Positions 46,935 through 55,963 of a stretch of 64,000 bases of DNA are shown in pieces. Origin of the DNA: Selenomonadaceae bacterium (lineage in GTDB: Bacteria > Bacillota > Negativicutes > Selenomonadales > Selenomonadaceae); the NCBI GenBank assembly GCA_017553205.1, contig JAFZMV010000021.1, positions 6,571 through 70,570 of the forward strand. The letters are read 5' to 3'. Each line of letters begins with the position of its first letter. Within the stretch, counting starts at the first letter, position 1. The translations under genes were made by a program, and so were the position numbers. The notes beneath the pieces are model-generated. The model had not been told where the DNA came from. It made no database searches and saw nothing but the letters and a program-made list of their open reading frames with translations.

Positions 46935-47768
46935 ATGAAGGAAAGTATTTTGTCTGAGCAAATTTATACTTTACGTAAACGCATGGGATTAACACAGGAA
47001 GTTGTTGCAGAAAAATTAAAAATTACTCCGCAGTCGGTCTCACGCTGGGAAAACGGACAGAGCAGACCCGATATTGACATGTTGCCGAAAATTGCGGATT
47101 TTTTTGATGTGAGTATTGACGGGCTTTTCGGTTACCGTGCAGATAATCTTCGTATTTTAGGTTACGAAAAAAATTATAAAAATCATGAGGTTTACTGGGG
47201 AAATGTTATTCAGAGAATCGAGAGAAAAGTTTTAAAATTTCTCCCTCCCGTAAAACCTTTGAGTATTTTGAATGTCGGCTGCGGTGAAGGACAGACCGCA
47301 ATTTTTTTTGCAAGAAACGGTTATATTGTTTCTGCCTGTGACACTTCCGAAAAAAATTTGGAGCAAGCTGAAAAAAATGCCGAAAAATTCGGGCAGAAAA
47401 TAAATTTTTTCAAAGCTGACATTATGAACTATGAAATTGAAACAAATTTTGATATAATCTTTGCGTGCGGAGCCATGCAGTATGTTCCGTTGAAAGAAAG
47501 AGCAAGAATTTTTAAAATGTTCCAAGAGCAGACAAATGCAGGCGGCTTAAATGTCGTCAACGCGATTGTAGAAAAAAGTTTTGTCGATCCTGCACCAAAC
47601 TGGGACGAAAATGCTTTTCTCTATGAAACTGCCGAAATTTTTAAATATTACGGAGCAGACTGGAAATTTGAACTGATGGAGGAAAATTATTTTGACTGTG
47701 AAGTTAAAAATATTCCTCGTCACAGTCATTGCATGGATCAGCTTATCGCACGAAAAATTTTAAAGTAA
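46935..47768 (+). CDS. XRE-family HTH domain fused to a class I SAM-dependent (TehB-like) methyltransferase
   Basis: HTH: LRKRMGLTQEVVAEKLKITPQSVSRWENGQSRP. MTase motif I: ILNVGCGEGQTAIFFARNGY. Confidence 0.75.
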   Translation: MKESILSEQIYTLRKRMGLTQEVVAEKLKITPQSVSRWENGQSRPDIDMLPKIADFFDVSIDGLFGYRADNLRILGYEKNYKNHEVYWGNVIQRIERKVLKFLPPVKPLSILNVGCGEGQTAIFFARNGYIVSACDTSEKNLEQAEKNAEKFGQKINFFKADIMNYEIETNFDIIFACGAMQYVPLKERARIFKMFQEQTNAGGLNVVNAIVEKSFVDPAPNWDENAFLYETAEIFKYYGADWKFELMEENYFDCEVKNIPRHSHCMDQLIARKILK

Positions 47769-47790
47769 TTTTCGAGGAGATGTTTATTAA

Positions 47791-48090
47791 ATGGAAATCA
47801 CCAAAAATTTGGACGGCACCACTTTAACGCTGGCTTTGTCGGGAAGACTTGACGCGAGCAATGCACAGGAACTCACCAACGAACTCAACGCATCACTTGA
47901 AGGCGTAACAGATTTAATTTTTGATTTCACGAATTTGAAATATGTTGCATCTGCAGGACTCCGTGCATTGCTTATGGCTCAAAAACGCATGAACAAACAG
48001 GGCAGCATGACTATCAAACATGTTGACGAGGCTGTCATGGAAGTTTTGGAAATGACGGGCTTTGCCGATCTCATGAATATCGAAAACTGA
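47791..48090 (+). CDS. STAS-domain anti-sigma-factor antagonist (SpoIIAA/RsbV-like)
   Basis: 99 aa; conserved phosphorylatable-serine context YVASAGLRALL. Confidence 0.8.
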   Translation: MEITKNLDGTTLTLALSGRLDASNAQELTNELNASLEGVTDLIFDFTNLKYVASAGLRALLMAQKRMNKQGSMTIKHVDEAVMEVLEMTGFADLMNIEN

Positions 48091-48102
48091 CGGAGATTCA
48101 AT

Positions 48103-48510
48103 ATGGAAAAATTAACAATCGATGCGAAGATTGAAAATTTACCTTCCGCCACAGAATTTGTCACGCAGGCACTTGAAAATAGCGATTGTCCGATGAAAGT
48201 TATCATGCAGATGGAGTTAGTAATTGAAGAAATTTTCGTGAATGTTGCAAATTATGCTTACGCACCGGAAACAGGTTCTGTTACTATTTGCAGAGATTTT
48301 GAAGAAAATCCCCGCACACTTTGTCTGACTTTCATTGACGGCGGAAAATCCCATAACCCTCTGGAACATGCGGACCCCGATATAACTTTGGCGGCGGAGG
48401 ACAGAGATATCGGCGGATTGGGAATTTTTCTTGTCAAAAAAAATGTTGACGAAATTTCTTACAAATACGAGGACGGAAAAAATATTTTGTCCGTGAAAAA
48501 ATTTTTCTGA
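48103..48510 (+). CDS. Anti-sigma regulatory factor / serine kinase (SpoIIAB/RsbW-like HATPase_c)
   Basis: N-box EEIFVNVANYAY and G-box GIGGLGIFLVKK. No sigma factor gene follows. Confidence 0.75.
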   Translation: MEKLTIDAKIENLPSATEFVTQALENSDCPMKVIMQMELVIEEIFVNVANYAYAPETGSVTICRDFEENPRTLCLTFIDGGKSHNPLEHADPDITLAAEDRDIGGLGIFLVKKNVDEISYKYEDGKNILSVKKFF

Positions 48511-48568
48511 GTTAAAAATGCAACCGAATGACAAATTGCAATAGCAACTTGGACAGAATTTAAAAAAT

Positions 48569-48604
48569 ATCTTCGATGAAAAATTTGTCGAAGATTTTTT
48601 ATTT
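48569..48604 (+). terminator. Intrinsic terminator after the STAS/kinase pair
   Basis: atcttcga / tcgaagat perfect 8-bp stem, then TTTTTTATTTT. Confidence 0.75.
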
Positions 48605-48664
48605 TGCAGAAAAATATTTTTGTTCAACTTAATTTTACATTTCGCAGAACGCTCGCGGTTGACA

Positions 48665-48693
48665 TTGACATTGAACAACAAATAAGCTATATT
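48665..48693 (+). promoter_or_regulatory. Sigma-70-type promoter for pckA
   Basis: TTGACA (duplicated ttgacattgaca), 17-nt spacer, TATATT. Confidence 0.5.
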
Positions 48694-48743
48694 TAACAAG
48701 AAATGCAGTAAATTTTCTGGAAATTTTTTTTGGAGGTATGAAA

Positions 48744-50360
48744 ATGGCGATGATGGATTTAACAAAGTACGGTATTACCGGCACAACTGAAGTCCTTTAC
48801 AATCCGACTTATGAAGTTCTTTTCAATGAGGAAACCAAACCCGGTCTTGAAGGTTTTGATGTCGGCAAAGAAACCGAACTCGGTGCAATCAACGTTATGA
48901 CCGGCGAATTTACAGGACGTTCTCCTAAAGACAAATTTATTGTCTACGATGACACAACAAAAGAAGGTGCACCGGGCGAAATTTGGTGGACAACTGACGA
49001 ATACAAAAACGACAACAAAAAATGCAGTGTCGAAAGCTGGAAAGTTTTAAAAGAACTCGCTATCAAAGAACTTTCTAATAAAAAACTTTATGTTGTTGAC
49101 GGATTCTGCGGAACTCACAAAGATACCCGCATGAAAATTCGTTTCATCATGGAAGTTGCTTGGCAGGCTCATTTTGTCACCAACATGTTTATTCGTCCGA
49201 AAACTCAAGAAGAATTTGATCAGGAACCCGATTTTGTAGTTTACAACGCCTCCAAAGCTAAAGTCGAAAACTTCAAAGAACTCGGACTTAATTCCACAAC
49301 TGCAGTTGTTTTCAACGTCACCGACAAAGAACAAGTTATTATTAATACTTGGTACGGCGGCGAAATGAAAAAAGGCATGTTCAGCATGATGAATTATTTC
49401 CTCCCGCTGAAAGGTATTGCCGCTATGCACTGCTCCGCAAATACCGACATGAACGGCGAAAACACCGCTATTTTCTTCGGTCTTTCCGGCACAGGTAAAA
49501 CTACTCTTTCTACTGATCCGAAACGTTTACTTATCGGTGACGATGAACACGGCTGGGACGATCAGGGCGTTTTCAACTTTGAAGGCGGCTGCTATGCTAA
49601 AGTCATCAACCTTGACAAAGAATCTGAACCCGATATTTATAACGCAATTAAACGCGATGCCCTTCTTGAAAATGTCACTGTTGACAATGACGGCAAAATT
49701 GATTTTGCTGATAAAACTGTCACAGAAAATACTCGCGTAAGCTATCCGATTTATCACATTAAAAATATCGTTCGTCCCGACAGTCATGGACCTGCGGCAA
49801 AAGCTGTTATTTTCCTCAGTGCTGATGCATTCGGCGTATTGCCTCCTGTTTCCATTTTGACTCCCGAACAGACAAAATATTATTTCCTCAGTGGCTTTAC
49901 TGCCAAACTTGCAGGAACTGAACGCGGAATTACTGAACCGACTCCGACTTTCTCAGCATGTTTCGGTCAGGCTTTCCTCGAACTTCACCCGACAAAATAC
50001 GCTGAAGAACTTGTAAAACGTATGGAAAAATCCGGTGCTAAGGCTTATCTTGTCAACACAGGTTGGAACGGCAGCGGCAAACGCATTTCCATCAAAGATA
50101 CTCGCGGAATTATCGACGCAATTCTCGGCGGTGCAATTAAAACGGCTCCGACTAAGAAACTTGACATCTTCAATCTCGAAATTCCGACAGAACTCGAAGG
50201 CGTTGCGACAAATATTCTTGATCCTCGCGACACTTACGCAGATCCCGAAGAATGGAACAAAAAAGCAAAAGACCTTGCAGAACGTTTCATTAAAAACTTC
50301 AAAAAATACGAATACAATGAAGCAGGCAAAGCACTTGTCCCGGCAGGTCCTCAGCTTTAA
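48744..50360 (+). CDS. pckA: Phosphoenolpyruvate carboxykinase (ATP)
   Basis: [10 protein letters not shown], kinase-1a [22 protein letters not shown] 48744 lies 7 nt after GGAGG. Confidence 0.95.
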   Translation: MAMMDLTKYGITGTTEVLYNPTYEVLFNEETKPGLEGFDVGKETELGAINVMTGEFTGRSPKDKFIVYDDTTKEGAPGEIWWTTDEYKNDNKKCSVESWKVLKELAIKELSNKKLYVVDGFCGTHKDTRMKIRFIMEVAWQAHFVTNMFIRPKTQEEFDQEPDFVVYNASKAKVENFKELGLNSTTAVVFNVTDKEQVIINTWYGGEMKKGMFSMMNYFLPLKGIAAMHCSANTDMNGENTAIFFGLSGTGKTTLSTDPKRLLIGDDEHGWDDQGVFNFEGGCYAKVINLDKESEPDIYNAIKRDALLENVTVDNDGKIDFADKTVTENTRVSYPIYHIKNIVRPDSHGPAAKAVIFLSADAFGVLPPVSILTPEQTKYYFLSGFTAKLAGTERGITEPTPTFSACFGQAFLELHPTKYAEELVKRMEKSGAKAYLVNTGWNGSGKRISIKDTRGIIDAILGGAIKTAPTKKLDIFNLEIPTELEGVATNILDPRDTYADPEEWNKKAKDLAERFIKNFKKYEYNEAGKALVPAGPQL

Positions 50361-50386
50361 TAGATTATAAATCTAAGAAATAAATT

Positions 50387-50424
50387 AAGCAGTTGGAGAT
50401 TTTTGGATTTCCAACTGCTTTTTT
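50387..50424 (+). terminator. Intrinsic terminator after pckA
   Basis: aagcagttgga / tccaactgctt 11-bp stem followed by TTTTTT. Confidence 0.85.
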
Positions 50425-50473
50425 GGTGTTTTAAATTTTTCGTCAAAAACTAAACTAAAAAAATATTTTTCTT

Positions 50474-52114
50474 TCAGTCTTTAAAAATTCCGATTCGTGT
50501 AAAAAATTTCACTCCGAATTTTCCGATCATCGGGATTCTTTCCATATCAGCTTTCAAAAGTCCGCCCGTCAAAGCAGTTGCCGCGATATAAACCAGACAG
50601 CCCGCAAAAATTGCTCCGAATGTCGAGAAAATTTCTGAAGAAAATTCTGCAAGCGTGAAGTCATAGAAAATTTTCACGACTGCCGCCATAATTCCCGCAG
50701 AAATTATCGTTTTGAAAAGCTGAGAAATTTCCATTTTGTAGCCGATATATTTGTAAATGAAATACAAATTTATAAAAGCCGCAACACCCATATCAGCCGC
50801 CGTCGCCCAAGCCGCTCCCATAATTCCAAATTCAGGCATTGCCGTCAAAGTCCAGTTTAAAATAACTTTTGCCGCCGCCGCCAAAACCATGTTGACCATC
50901 GGAATTGTAGTATGTCCGAGTCCCTGCAAAACTCCTGTTGAAACTTGATGAAGTCCCAAAAGAATTATTGACACTGCAGAAATCATGACGGCGGGACCTG
51001 CTCCCGGTGCGTTATAAATCAAAGATGAAATCGGAGTTGCAAGAAAAAATATTATTACAAACGCGGGGAAACATACAAAATTTGAAATTCTGACTGCCGC
51101 CGCCGTCTGCCTGAAAATTCTTGCGGTATCTTTTAAAGCTCGTGCCTCTGAAATTGCGGGAACGATTGAAACCGCCAAAGACGCTGTTAAAATTGTCGCG
51201 AGATTCACCAGCGGAACAGCCATTCCGTTTAAATATCCGAAAAGTTCCGTCGCCTGTCTGACTGAATATCCTGCCGCCTCTAATCTCTGCGGAACAATCA
51301 TTAAATCCAAATTTGAAACTACAGGCAACATTATCGACGCGGCACTGACGGGAAGAGAAAGTTTAAAAATTCTTTTTATGATTGATAAAGTCGATTCTGA
51401 ATTTGACTGCGGAGTCGGTTTTAAATAAGCGGAATAATTTTTTTCTATGTCTTTGTTCAGTTTTATGTGAAAATAAACCAAAACCATTAAGCCTGTTACC
51501 GCTCCCGCCAATGCTCCCAAACTTGCACCAGCCGCCGCCCAATCAAGTCCCCAAGGAAGAAACAAATCCGCAAGAACTATCATAACTATTACACGGAAAA
51601 TTTGCTCGACAATCTGACTGACTGCCGTCGGTGTCATTCTCTGCCAGCCTTGCAAATATCCTCTGGACGCGGCAAGAAAAGTTACAAAAAAAACTGTCGG
51701 AGCAAGTGCCACGATTGACATATATGCTCTTTCATCGCGAACTAAATTCCATTCAATTAACCACGTTGCAGAAAAATATGTCAACAATGAAAAAATTATT
51801 GCCGTCGCCAACATTAACGCCAAAGATATTTTGAAAACTCTTCTTGCTCCAAAAATATCATTCAATGCAACTCTTTCCGCTGTGATTATTGAAATTGCTA
51901 CAGGCACTCCCGCTTGTGAAATTGTTATTGCAAAAAAATAAATCGGGAAAGCCATTTGATAAAGTCCGATACCTTCGCCGCCCAGAATTCTTGAAACAAA
52001 AATCCAATTTAATGAGCCGATTACTTTGACGACAAAACTTGCTATCGTCAAAATAAATGTACCCTTTAAAAATTTTTCGTTTCTTGACTGAACGTCGGTT
52101 TGTTTATCTGTCAT
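50474..52114 (-). CDS. MurJ/SpoVB-family (MOP superfamily) lipid II / polysaccharide flippase
   Basis: About 14 TM segments; MviN/SpoVB-like N-terminus FLKGTFILTIASFVVKVIGS. Start moved to ATG 52114. Confidence 0.8.
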   Translation of the reverse strand: MTDKQTDVQSRNEKFLKGTFILTIASFVVKVIGSLNWIFVSRILGGEGIGLYQMAFPIYFFAITISQAGVPVAISIITAERVALNDIFGARRVFKISLALMLATAIIFSLLTYFSATWLIEWNLVRDERAYMSIVALAPTVFFVTFLAASRGYLQGWQRMTPTAVSQIVEQIFRVIVMIVLADLFLPWGLDWAAAGASLGALAGAVTGLMVLVYFHIKLNKDIEKNYSAYLKPTPQSNSESTLSIIKRIFKLSLPVSAASIMLPVVSNLDLMIVPQRLEAAGYSVRQATELFGYLNGMAVPLVNLATILTASLAVSIVPAISEARALKDTARIFRQTAAAVRISNFVCFPAFVIIFFLATPISSLIYNAPGAGPAVMISAVSIILLGLHQVSTGVLQGLGHTTIPMVNMVLAAAAKVILNWTLTAMPEFGIMGAAWATAADMGVAAFINLYFIYKYIGYKMEISQLFKTIISAGIMAAVVKIFYDFTLAEFSSEIFSTFGAIFAGCLVYIAATALTGGLLKADMERIPMIGKFGVKFFTRIGIFKD

Positions 52115-52297
52115 TATTTTTATCACTCTGCCTAAATTTAATGCGGAAAGGATTATAACATTTTTAAACTGCACTGAACAGTGTACAATAAAAAAATCTC
52201 ATTCAAAAAAATAATTCCGTACCGTGAAATATACAAAATTATTTTTCAATCTATAATTGACAAGCTATATTAGGTTATGATTTAATAATCACGCAAT

Positions 52298-52383
52298 GCG
52301 GATATGGCGGAATTGGCAGACGCGCCGGACTTAGAATCCGGTGTCCTTGCGACGTATGGGTTCAAGTCCCTTTATCCGCACCA
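52298..52383 (+). tRNA. tRNA-Leu (anticodon UAG), class II with long variable arm, CCA encoded
   Basis: Acceptor GCGGATA/TATCCGC; anticodon stem CCGGA/TCCGG with loop CTTAGAA; T-loop TTCAAGT; discriminator A + CCA. TTGACA..TTTAAT promoter-like boxes at 52257-52286. Confidence 0.92.
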
Positions 52384-52404
52384 TTTTTTTGATAGAAAAG
52401 TTTA

Positions 52405-53253
52405 TCAGAGGTTTAATAAATTTTTCGCATTGAGTTCCAAAATTTTTTTCTTGTCATCATCAGTGACAGGAATTTTTTTTATGAAATTTATAGATTCAGT
52501 CGGAGAAGTCCATGGGCTGTCCGTGCCGAATAAAATTTTTTCAGCACCAAAAATTTTTACGAACTCACAAAATTTTTTTTCGTCCATTAAATTTAAATCT
52601 TCGTCATTCCATGAAAAATCTTTTCGCGGGTGAATTTTTCCCGTTGAAAATGAAGTGTCAAGAAAAATTTTTTTATCGGCAAGAGTAATTAAAACTTCGT
52701 CCCAATTTTTCCAGCCGCCCATATGAGCAAGAACAAATTTAAAATTTCCGATTTTCTCAATGACATTCCGCGACATTTTCGGCGAACAACTGACAACGCC
52801 CGGAAAACCAATATCAAGCCCCGCATGAGTTACAACAATTAAATCAAGTTCGGCGGCACGATCAAAAATATTCAAAAATTTTTTGTCATCAAGATTTTTA
52901 TTTTGATAGACAGGGTGAACTTTTATTCCTTTTAATCCCAAATTTTTTATCCGCGAAAGTTCTGCACGATAATTTTCAAAATCAGGGTGCATGCTTGCAA
53001 AATAAATTATTCCCCGCTCAAAAAATTTTTCGTTAATGTCGGCGGCAGAATTATTTATTTTTTCAACCTGTGCGATATGAGTTGCAACAGGAAGAATCAC
53101 CGAAAAATTTATTTCGGATTTCTGCATGGAATTTATCAAGCCGTTTAAAGTTCCGTCAGAAAATGGAATTGTTTTGCTTGTTCGGCTCAATTTTTCGACG
53201 ACTTCAGCAGAAATTTTTTCGGGAAAAATATGTGTGTGAAAATCTATAATCAA
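52405..53253 (-). CDS. Amidohydrolase-2 / TIM-barrel metal-dependent hydrolase family protein
   Basis: IIDFHTHIFPEKI N-terminus and later ..VTHAGLD.. and DSPW motifs. Start placed at TTG 53253, 7 nt after GGAGGA. Confidence 0.7.
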   Translation of the reverse strand: MIIDFHTHIFPEKISAEVVEKLSRTSKTIPFSDGTLNGLINSMQKSEINFSVILPVATHIAQVEKINNSAADINEKFFERGIIYFASMHPDFENYRAELSRIKNLGLKGIKVHPVYQNKNLDDKKFLNIFDRAAELDLIVVTHAGLDIGFPGVVSCSPKMSRNVIEKIGNFKFVLAHMGGWKNWDEVLITLADKKIFLDTSFSTGKIHPRKDFSWNDEDLNLMDEKKFCEFVKIFGAEKILFGTDSPWTSPTESINFIKKIPVTDDDKKKILELNAKNLLNL

Positions 53254-53257
53254 AAAA

Positions 53258-53968
53258 TTATCCTCCAAGATATGCCTTGCGAATATCTTCACTTGCCGCC
53301 AATTTTTTTGCGTCGCCTGAAATTGTAATTCTGCCCGTTTCCAAAACATACGCACGATTTGCGATTGACAACGCCATATTTGCATTTTGTTCGACAAGCA
53401 AAACAGTTGTTCCAGTTTTGTTTATGTCGGTGATAATCGAAAAAATTTCACGAATCAAAAGCGGAGCAAGTCCCATGCTTGGTTCATCAAGTAATAAAAG
53501 TTTCGGGCGACTCATTAAAGCTCTGCCCATTGCCAGCATTTGCTGTTCACCGCCCGATAAAGTTCCTGCAGGTTGTAATTTTCTTTCTTCAAGACGCGGA
53601 AATCTGCCGAAAACCATTTTGAAATCTTTTTCAAATTCTTCTTTGTCATTGCGGATAAATGCACCGAGTTCCAAATTTTCCATGACGGTCATTTCTGCAA
53701 AAATTCTTCTGCCTTCGGGAACTTGTGAAATTCCTTCGCGAACAATTTTATGAGCGGGCATGCCTGCAATATCATTTCCAAAAAAATTTATCGTGCCGTT
53801 TTTCGGTTTCAAAAGTCCTGAAATTGTTCTGAGTGTCGTAGATTTTCCCGCACCGTTTGCTCCTATCAGCGTGACAATTTCTCCCTCGTTTACTTCAAGA
53901 CTGATTCCCTTGAGTGCGTGAATTGCTCCGTAGTAAACATTTATATCTTTAATATCAAGCATAGCCAT
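53258..53968 (-). CDS. livF: Branched-chain amino acid ABC transporter ATP-binding protein (LivF-type); no liv partners adjacent
   Basis: Walker A GANGAGKST, signature LSGGEQQML, Walker B LLLLDEPS, LivF-like N-terminus LDIKDINVYYG. Confidence 0.85.
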   Translation of the reverse strand: MAMLDIKDINVYYGAIHALKGISLEVNEGEIVTLIGANGAGKSTTLRTISGLLKPKNGTINFFGNDIAGMPAHKIVREGISQVPEGRRIFAEMTVMENLELGAFIRNDKEEFEKDFKMVFGRFPRLEERKLQPAGTLSGGEQQMLAMGRALMSRPKLLLLDEPSMGLAPLLIREIFSIITDINKTGTTVLLVEQNANMALSIANRAYVLETGRITISGDAKKLAASEDIRKAYLGG

Positions 53969-54051
53969 AAAAAAATTTTCCTCCCAAAGTTTCATAAAAA
54001 ATTTTTCCTGAATTGTATCAAAAAAATAGTTTTTCGCCAAAAAAATTTTTC

Positions 54052-54079
54052 TTGACGTTTCTTTGTATCATTGTAAAAT
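54052..54079 (+). promoter_or_regulatory. Sigma-70-type promoter for the flbD-flhA flagellar operon
   Basis: TTGACG, 16-nt spacer, TAAAAT. Confidence 0.55.
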
Positions 54080-54153
54080 AAAGGAGTTTAATTTTTTACG
54101 GCGAAGAATTAGCCGAAGTTTTTATGCATCTGGTTTGCTGAGGAGGCTGCGAA

Positions 54154-54354
54154 ATGATAAAGTTGACAAAGTTTAATTCAGATTCAAAGAAAAAGGGAGA
54201 ATTTATCCTCAACGCCGAAGTTATTCAGACTATTGAAGAAACTCCCGACACGGTTATAACTTTGATGAATGAAAAAAAATTTATTGTCGATGAACCGGCT
54301 GACGAAGTTGTCCGTCGTGTCATGAAATACCGCCGTGCTTTAAAATCTTTCTAA
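54154..54354 (+). CDS. flbD: Flagellar protein FlbD
   Basis: MIKLTKFN...FILNAEVIQTIEETPDTVITL..KFIV.E is typical of FlbD. GAGGAGG upstream. Confidence 0.85.
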   Translation: MIKLTKFNSDSKKKGEFILNAEVIQTIEETPDTVITLMNEKKFIVDEPADEVVRRVMKYRRALKSF

Positions 54355-54372
54355 ATCGGAGGGGAAATGTAA

Positions 54373-54891
54373 ATGGCTGATGAAGAAAAAGATGTTGAGT
54401 CGACTCCTGAACCCAAGAAAAAATCGCCTATAATTTTAATTGTGGTTTTGGTCGTTGTCGGCTTGGCACTCGCCGCAGGAATTTCTATATTTGTTACTAC
54501 AAAAATCATGGCTGACGCAAATGCCGAACAAGATGAAGGAGAAGGTCGCCACCATGACGCAGGAATTTTTATAAAGCTCGGAGATCCTAAAGAAGGCATG
54601 CTTGTCAATGTCGGCGGACCTCGTGCAGGAAAATATCTTAAAGCCGGTATCGTCCTCGAAATGAATCCCGGAAAAAAGTCTGTAATAAATGAAGAAACAA
54701 AAACCCTGCAGCCTGACGCTCAAGTTAAAATTGATGATATGGTAACGCAGTTCTTGCGTGCCACAAAAGTTGAAGACTTCGACGCAACAAAACAAGACGA
54801 ACTGAAGAAGCAGTTAAAAGATGCTTTGAATGCTGAACTTGGTTCCGGTGCGGTTTACGATATTTATATCACAAGTTTTCTTTTGCAATAA
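54373..54891 (+). CDS. fliL: Flagellar basal-body-associated protein FliL
   Basis: Single TM followed by the FliL domain (..KYLKAGIVLEMN..). Confidence 0.8.
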   Translation: MADEEKDVESTPEPKKKSPIILIVVLVVVGLALAAGISIFVTTKIMADANAEQDEGEGRHHDAGIFIKLGDPKEGMLVNVGGPRAGKYLKAGIVLEMNPGKKSVINEETKTLQPDAQVKIDDMVTQFLRATKVEDFDATKQDELKKQLKDALNAELGSGAVYDIYITSFLLQ

Positions 54892-54955
54892 TTTGTTGTT
54901 AGCGAAAAATTTTTTATAATATCTGACTACGAATTGACAAAAGGGGGGAACAAAT

Positions 54956-55963
54956 TTGCCGGGTGATGTGCTGTCTCAATCCGAGATAGATGCTCTTTTA
55001 GCCGGAGTTATGAGCGGCGATGTTGATGCCGACTCTATGAAAAATGATTCGGGCGGAAAAAAAGTTAAAGTTTACGACTTCAAACGCCCCGATAAATTTT
55101 CTAAAGACCAAATCCGCACGCTTTACATGTTGCATGAAAGTTTTGCAAGGCTTTTAAATACATATCTCAGTACGCATTTGAGAACGCTGGTTAATGTTGA
55201 CGTTGCGTCAGTCGAGCAGCTGACTTATCAAGAATTTGTTCAGTCGATGGCAAATCCCAGCGTCATAAGTGTTCTCGGAGTCCCGCCGCTTAAGGGAAAT
55301 ATTATTATGGAAATCGGCACAGAAATTGCCTTTGCATTTATAGACAGAGTTTTTGGCGGCGACGGAAATACTTCAATAAAAACCCGCGTACTTACAGAAA
55401 TTGAAGATGCTGTTATGCGGCGTTTTGTAAATACGGCGATGGGACATTTCAAAGAGGCTTGGGCGAATGTTGCTACAATAAATCCGTTTTTGGAAACAAC
55501 GGAATCAAATCCGCAGTTCACTCAAATTGTGCCGCCCTCTGATATGGTTGTCATCGTTACTGTACAAATGCGTGTCGGCGAAATTGAAGGTATGATGAAT
55601 ATTTGTATTCCTTACCTTGTACTTGAGCCTATTATGTCCAAATTGACAACAACTTTCTGGGTCGCCTCGTCAATTTCCAAAGACGAAAACGAAAATAATC
55701 TCGTTGCGATTCAGAAAAAACTTGATAAAACTATGGTGGATTTAATTGTGGAAGTCGGCGAAGTTCAAATTACAATTCGAGAATTTTTGACTTTGGGTTT
55801 CGGCGATGTTCTCCAACTTGGCACAAAAGTTAAAGACGATCTGCCATGTAAAATTGGTAATCATGCAAAATTCTACTGCCGTCCCGGTACTTCAGGGAAA
55901 AAAATGGCTGTTCAAGTAACTAAAGTTGTACAACCGGAAGGAGATGATAACGACTATGAGTGA
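54956..55963 (+). CDS. fliM: Flagellar motor switch protein FliM
   Basis: N-terminal CheY-P binding LSQSEIDALL, FDFKRPDKFSKDQ, FliM middle and FliN-like C-terminal domains. TTG start after GGGGGGA. Confidence 0.93.
   Translation: MPGDVLSQSEIDALLAGVMSGDVDADSMKNDSGGKKVKVYDFKRPDKFSKDQIRTLYMLHESFARLLNTYLSTHLRTLVNVDVASVEQLTYQEFVQSMANPSVISVLGVPPLKGNIIMEIGTEIAFAFIDRVFGGDGNTSIKTRVLTEIEDAVMRRFVNTAMGHFKEAWANVATINPFLETTESNPQFTQIVPPSDMVVIVTVQMRVGEIEGMMNICIPYLVLEPIMSKLTTTFWVASSISKDENENNLVAIQKKLDKTMVDLIVEVGEVQITIREFLTLGFGDVLQLGTKVKDDLPCKIGNHAKFYCRPGTSGKKMAVQVTKVVQPEGDDNDYE

Noticed and set aside
48217-48765. 182-aa minus-strand ORF spanning the anti-sigma kinase gene, its terminator and the pckA promoter.
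   Set aside because: It runs across an intrinsic terminator and a promoter, has low-complexity composition, and overlaps a well-supported plus-strand gene.
52304-52633. 109-aa plus-strand ORF starting inside the tRNA-Leu gene.
   Set aside because: It begins within a well-formed tRNA and continues antisense to the amidohydrolase gene. It is spurious.
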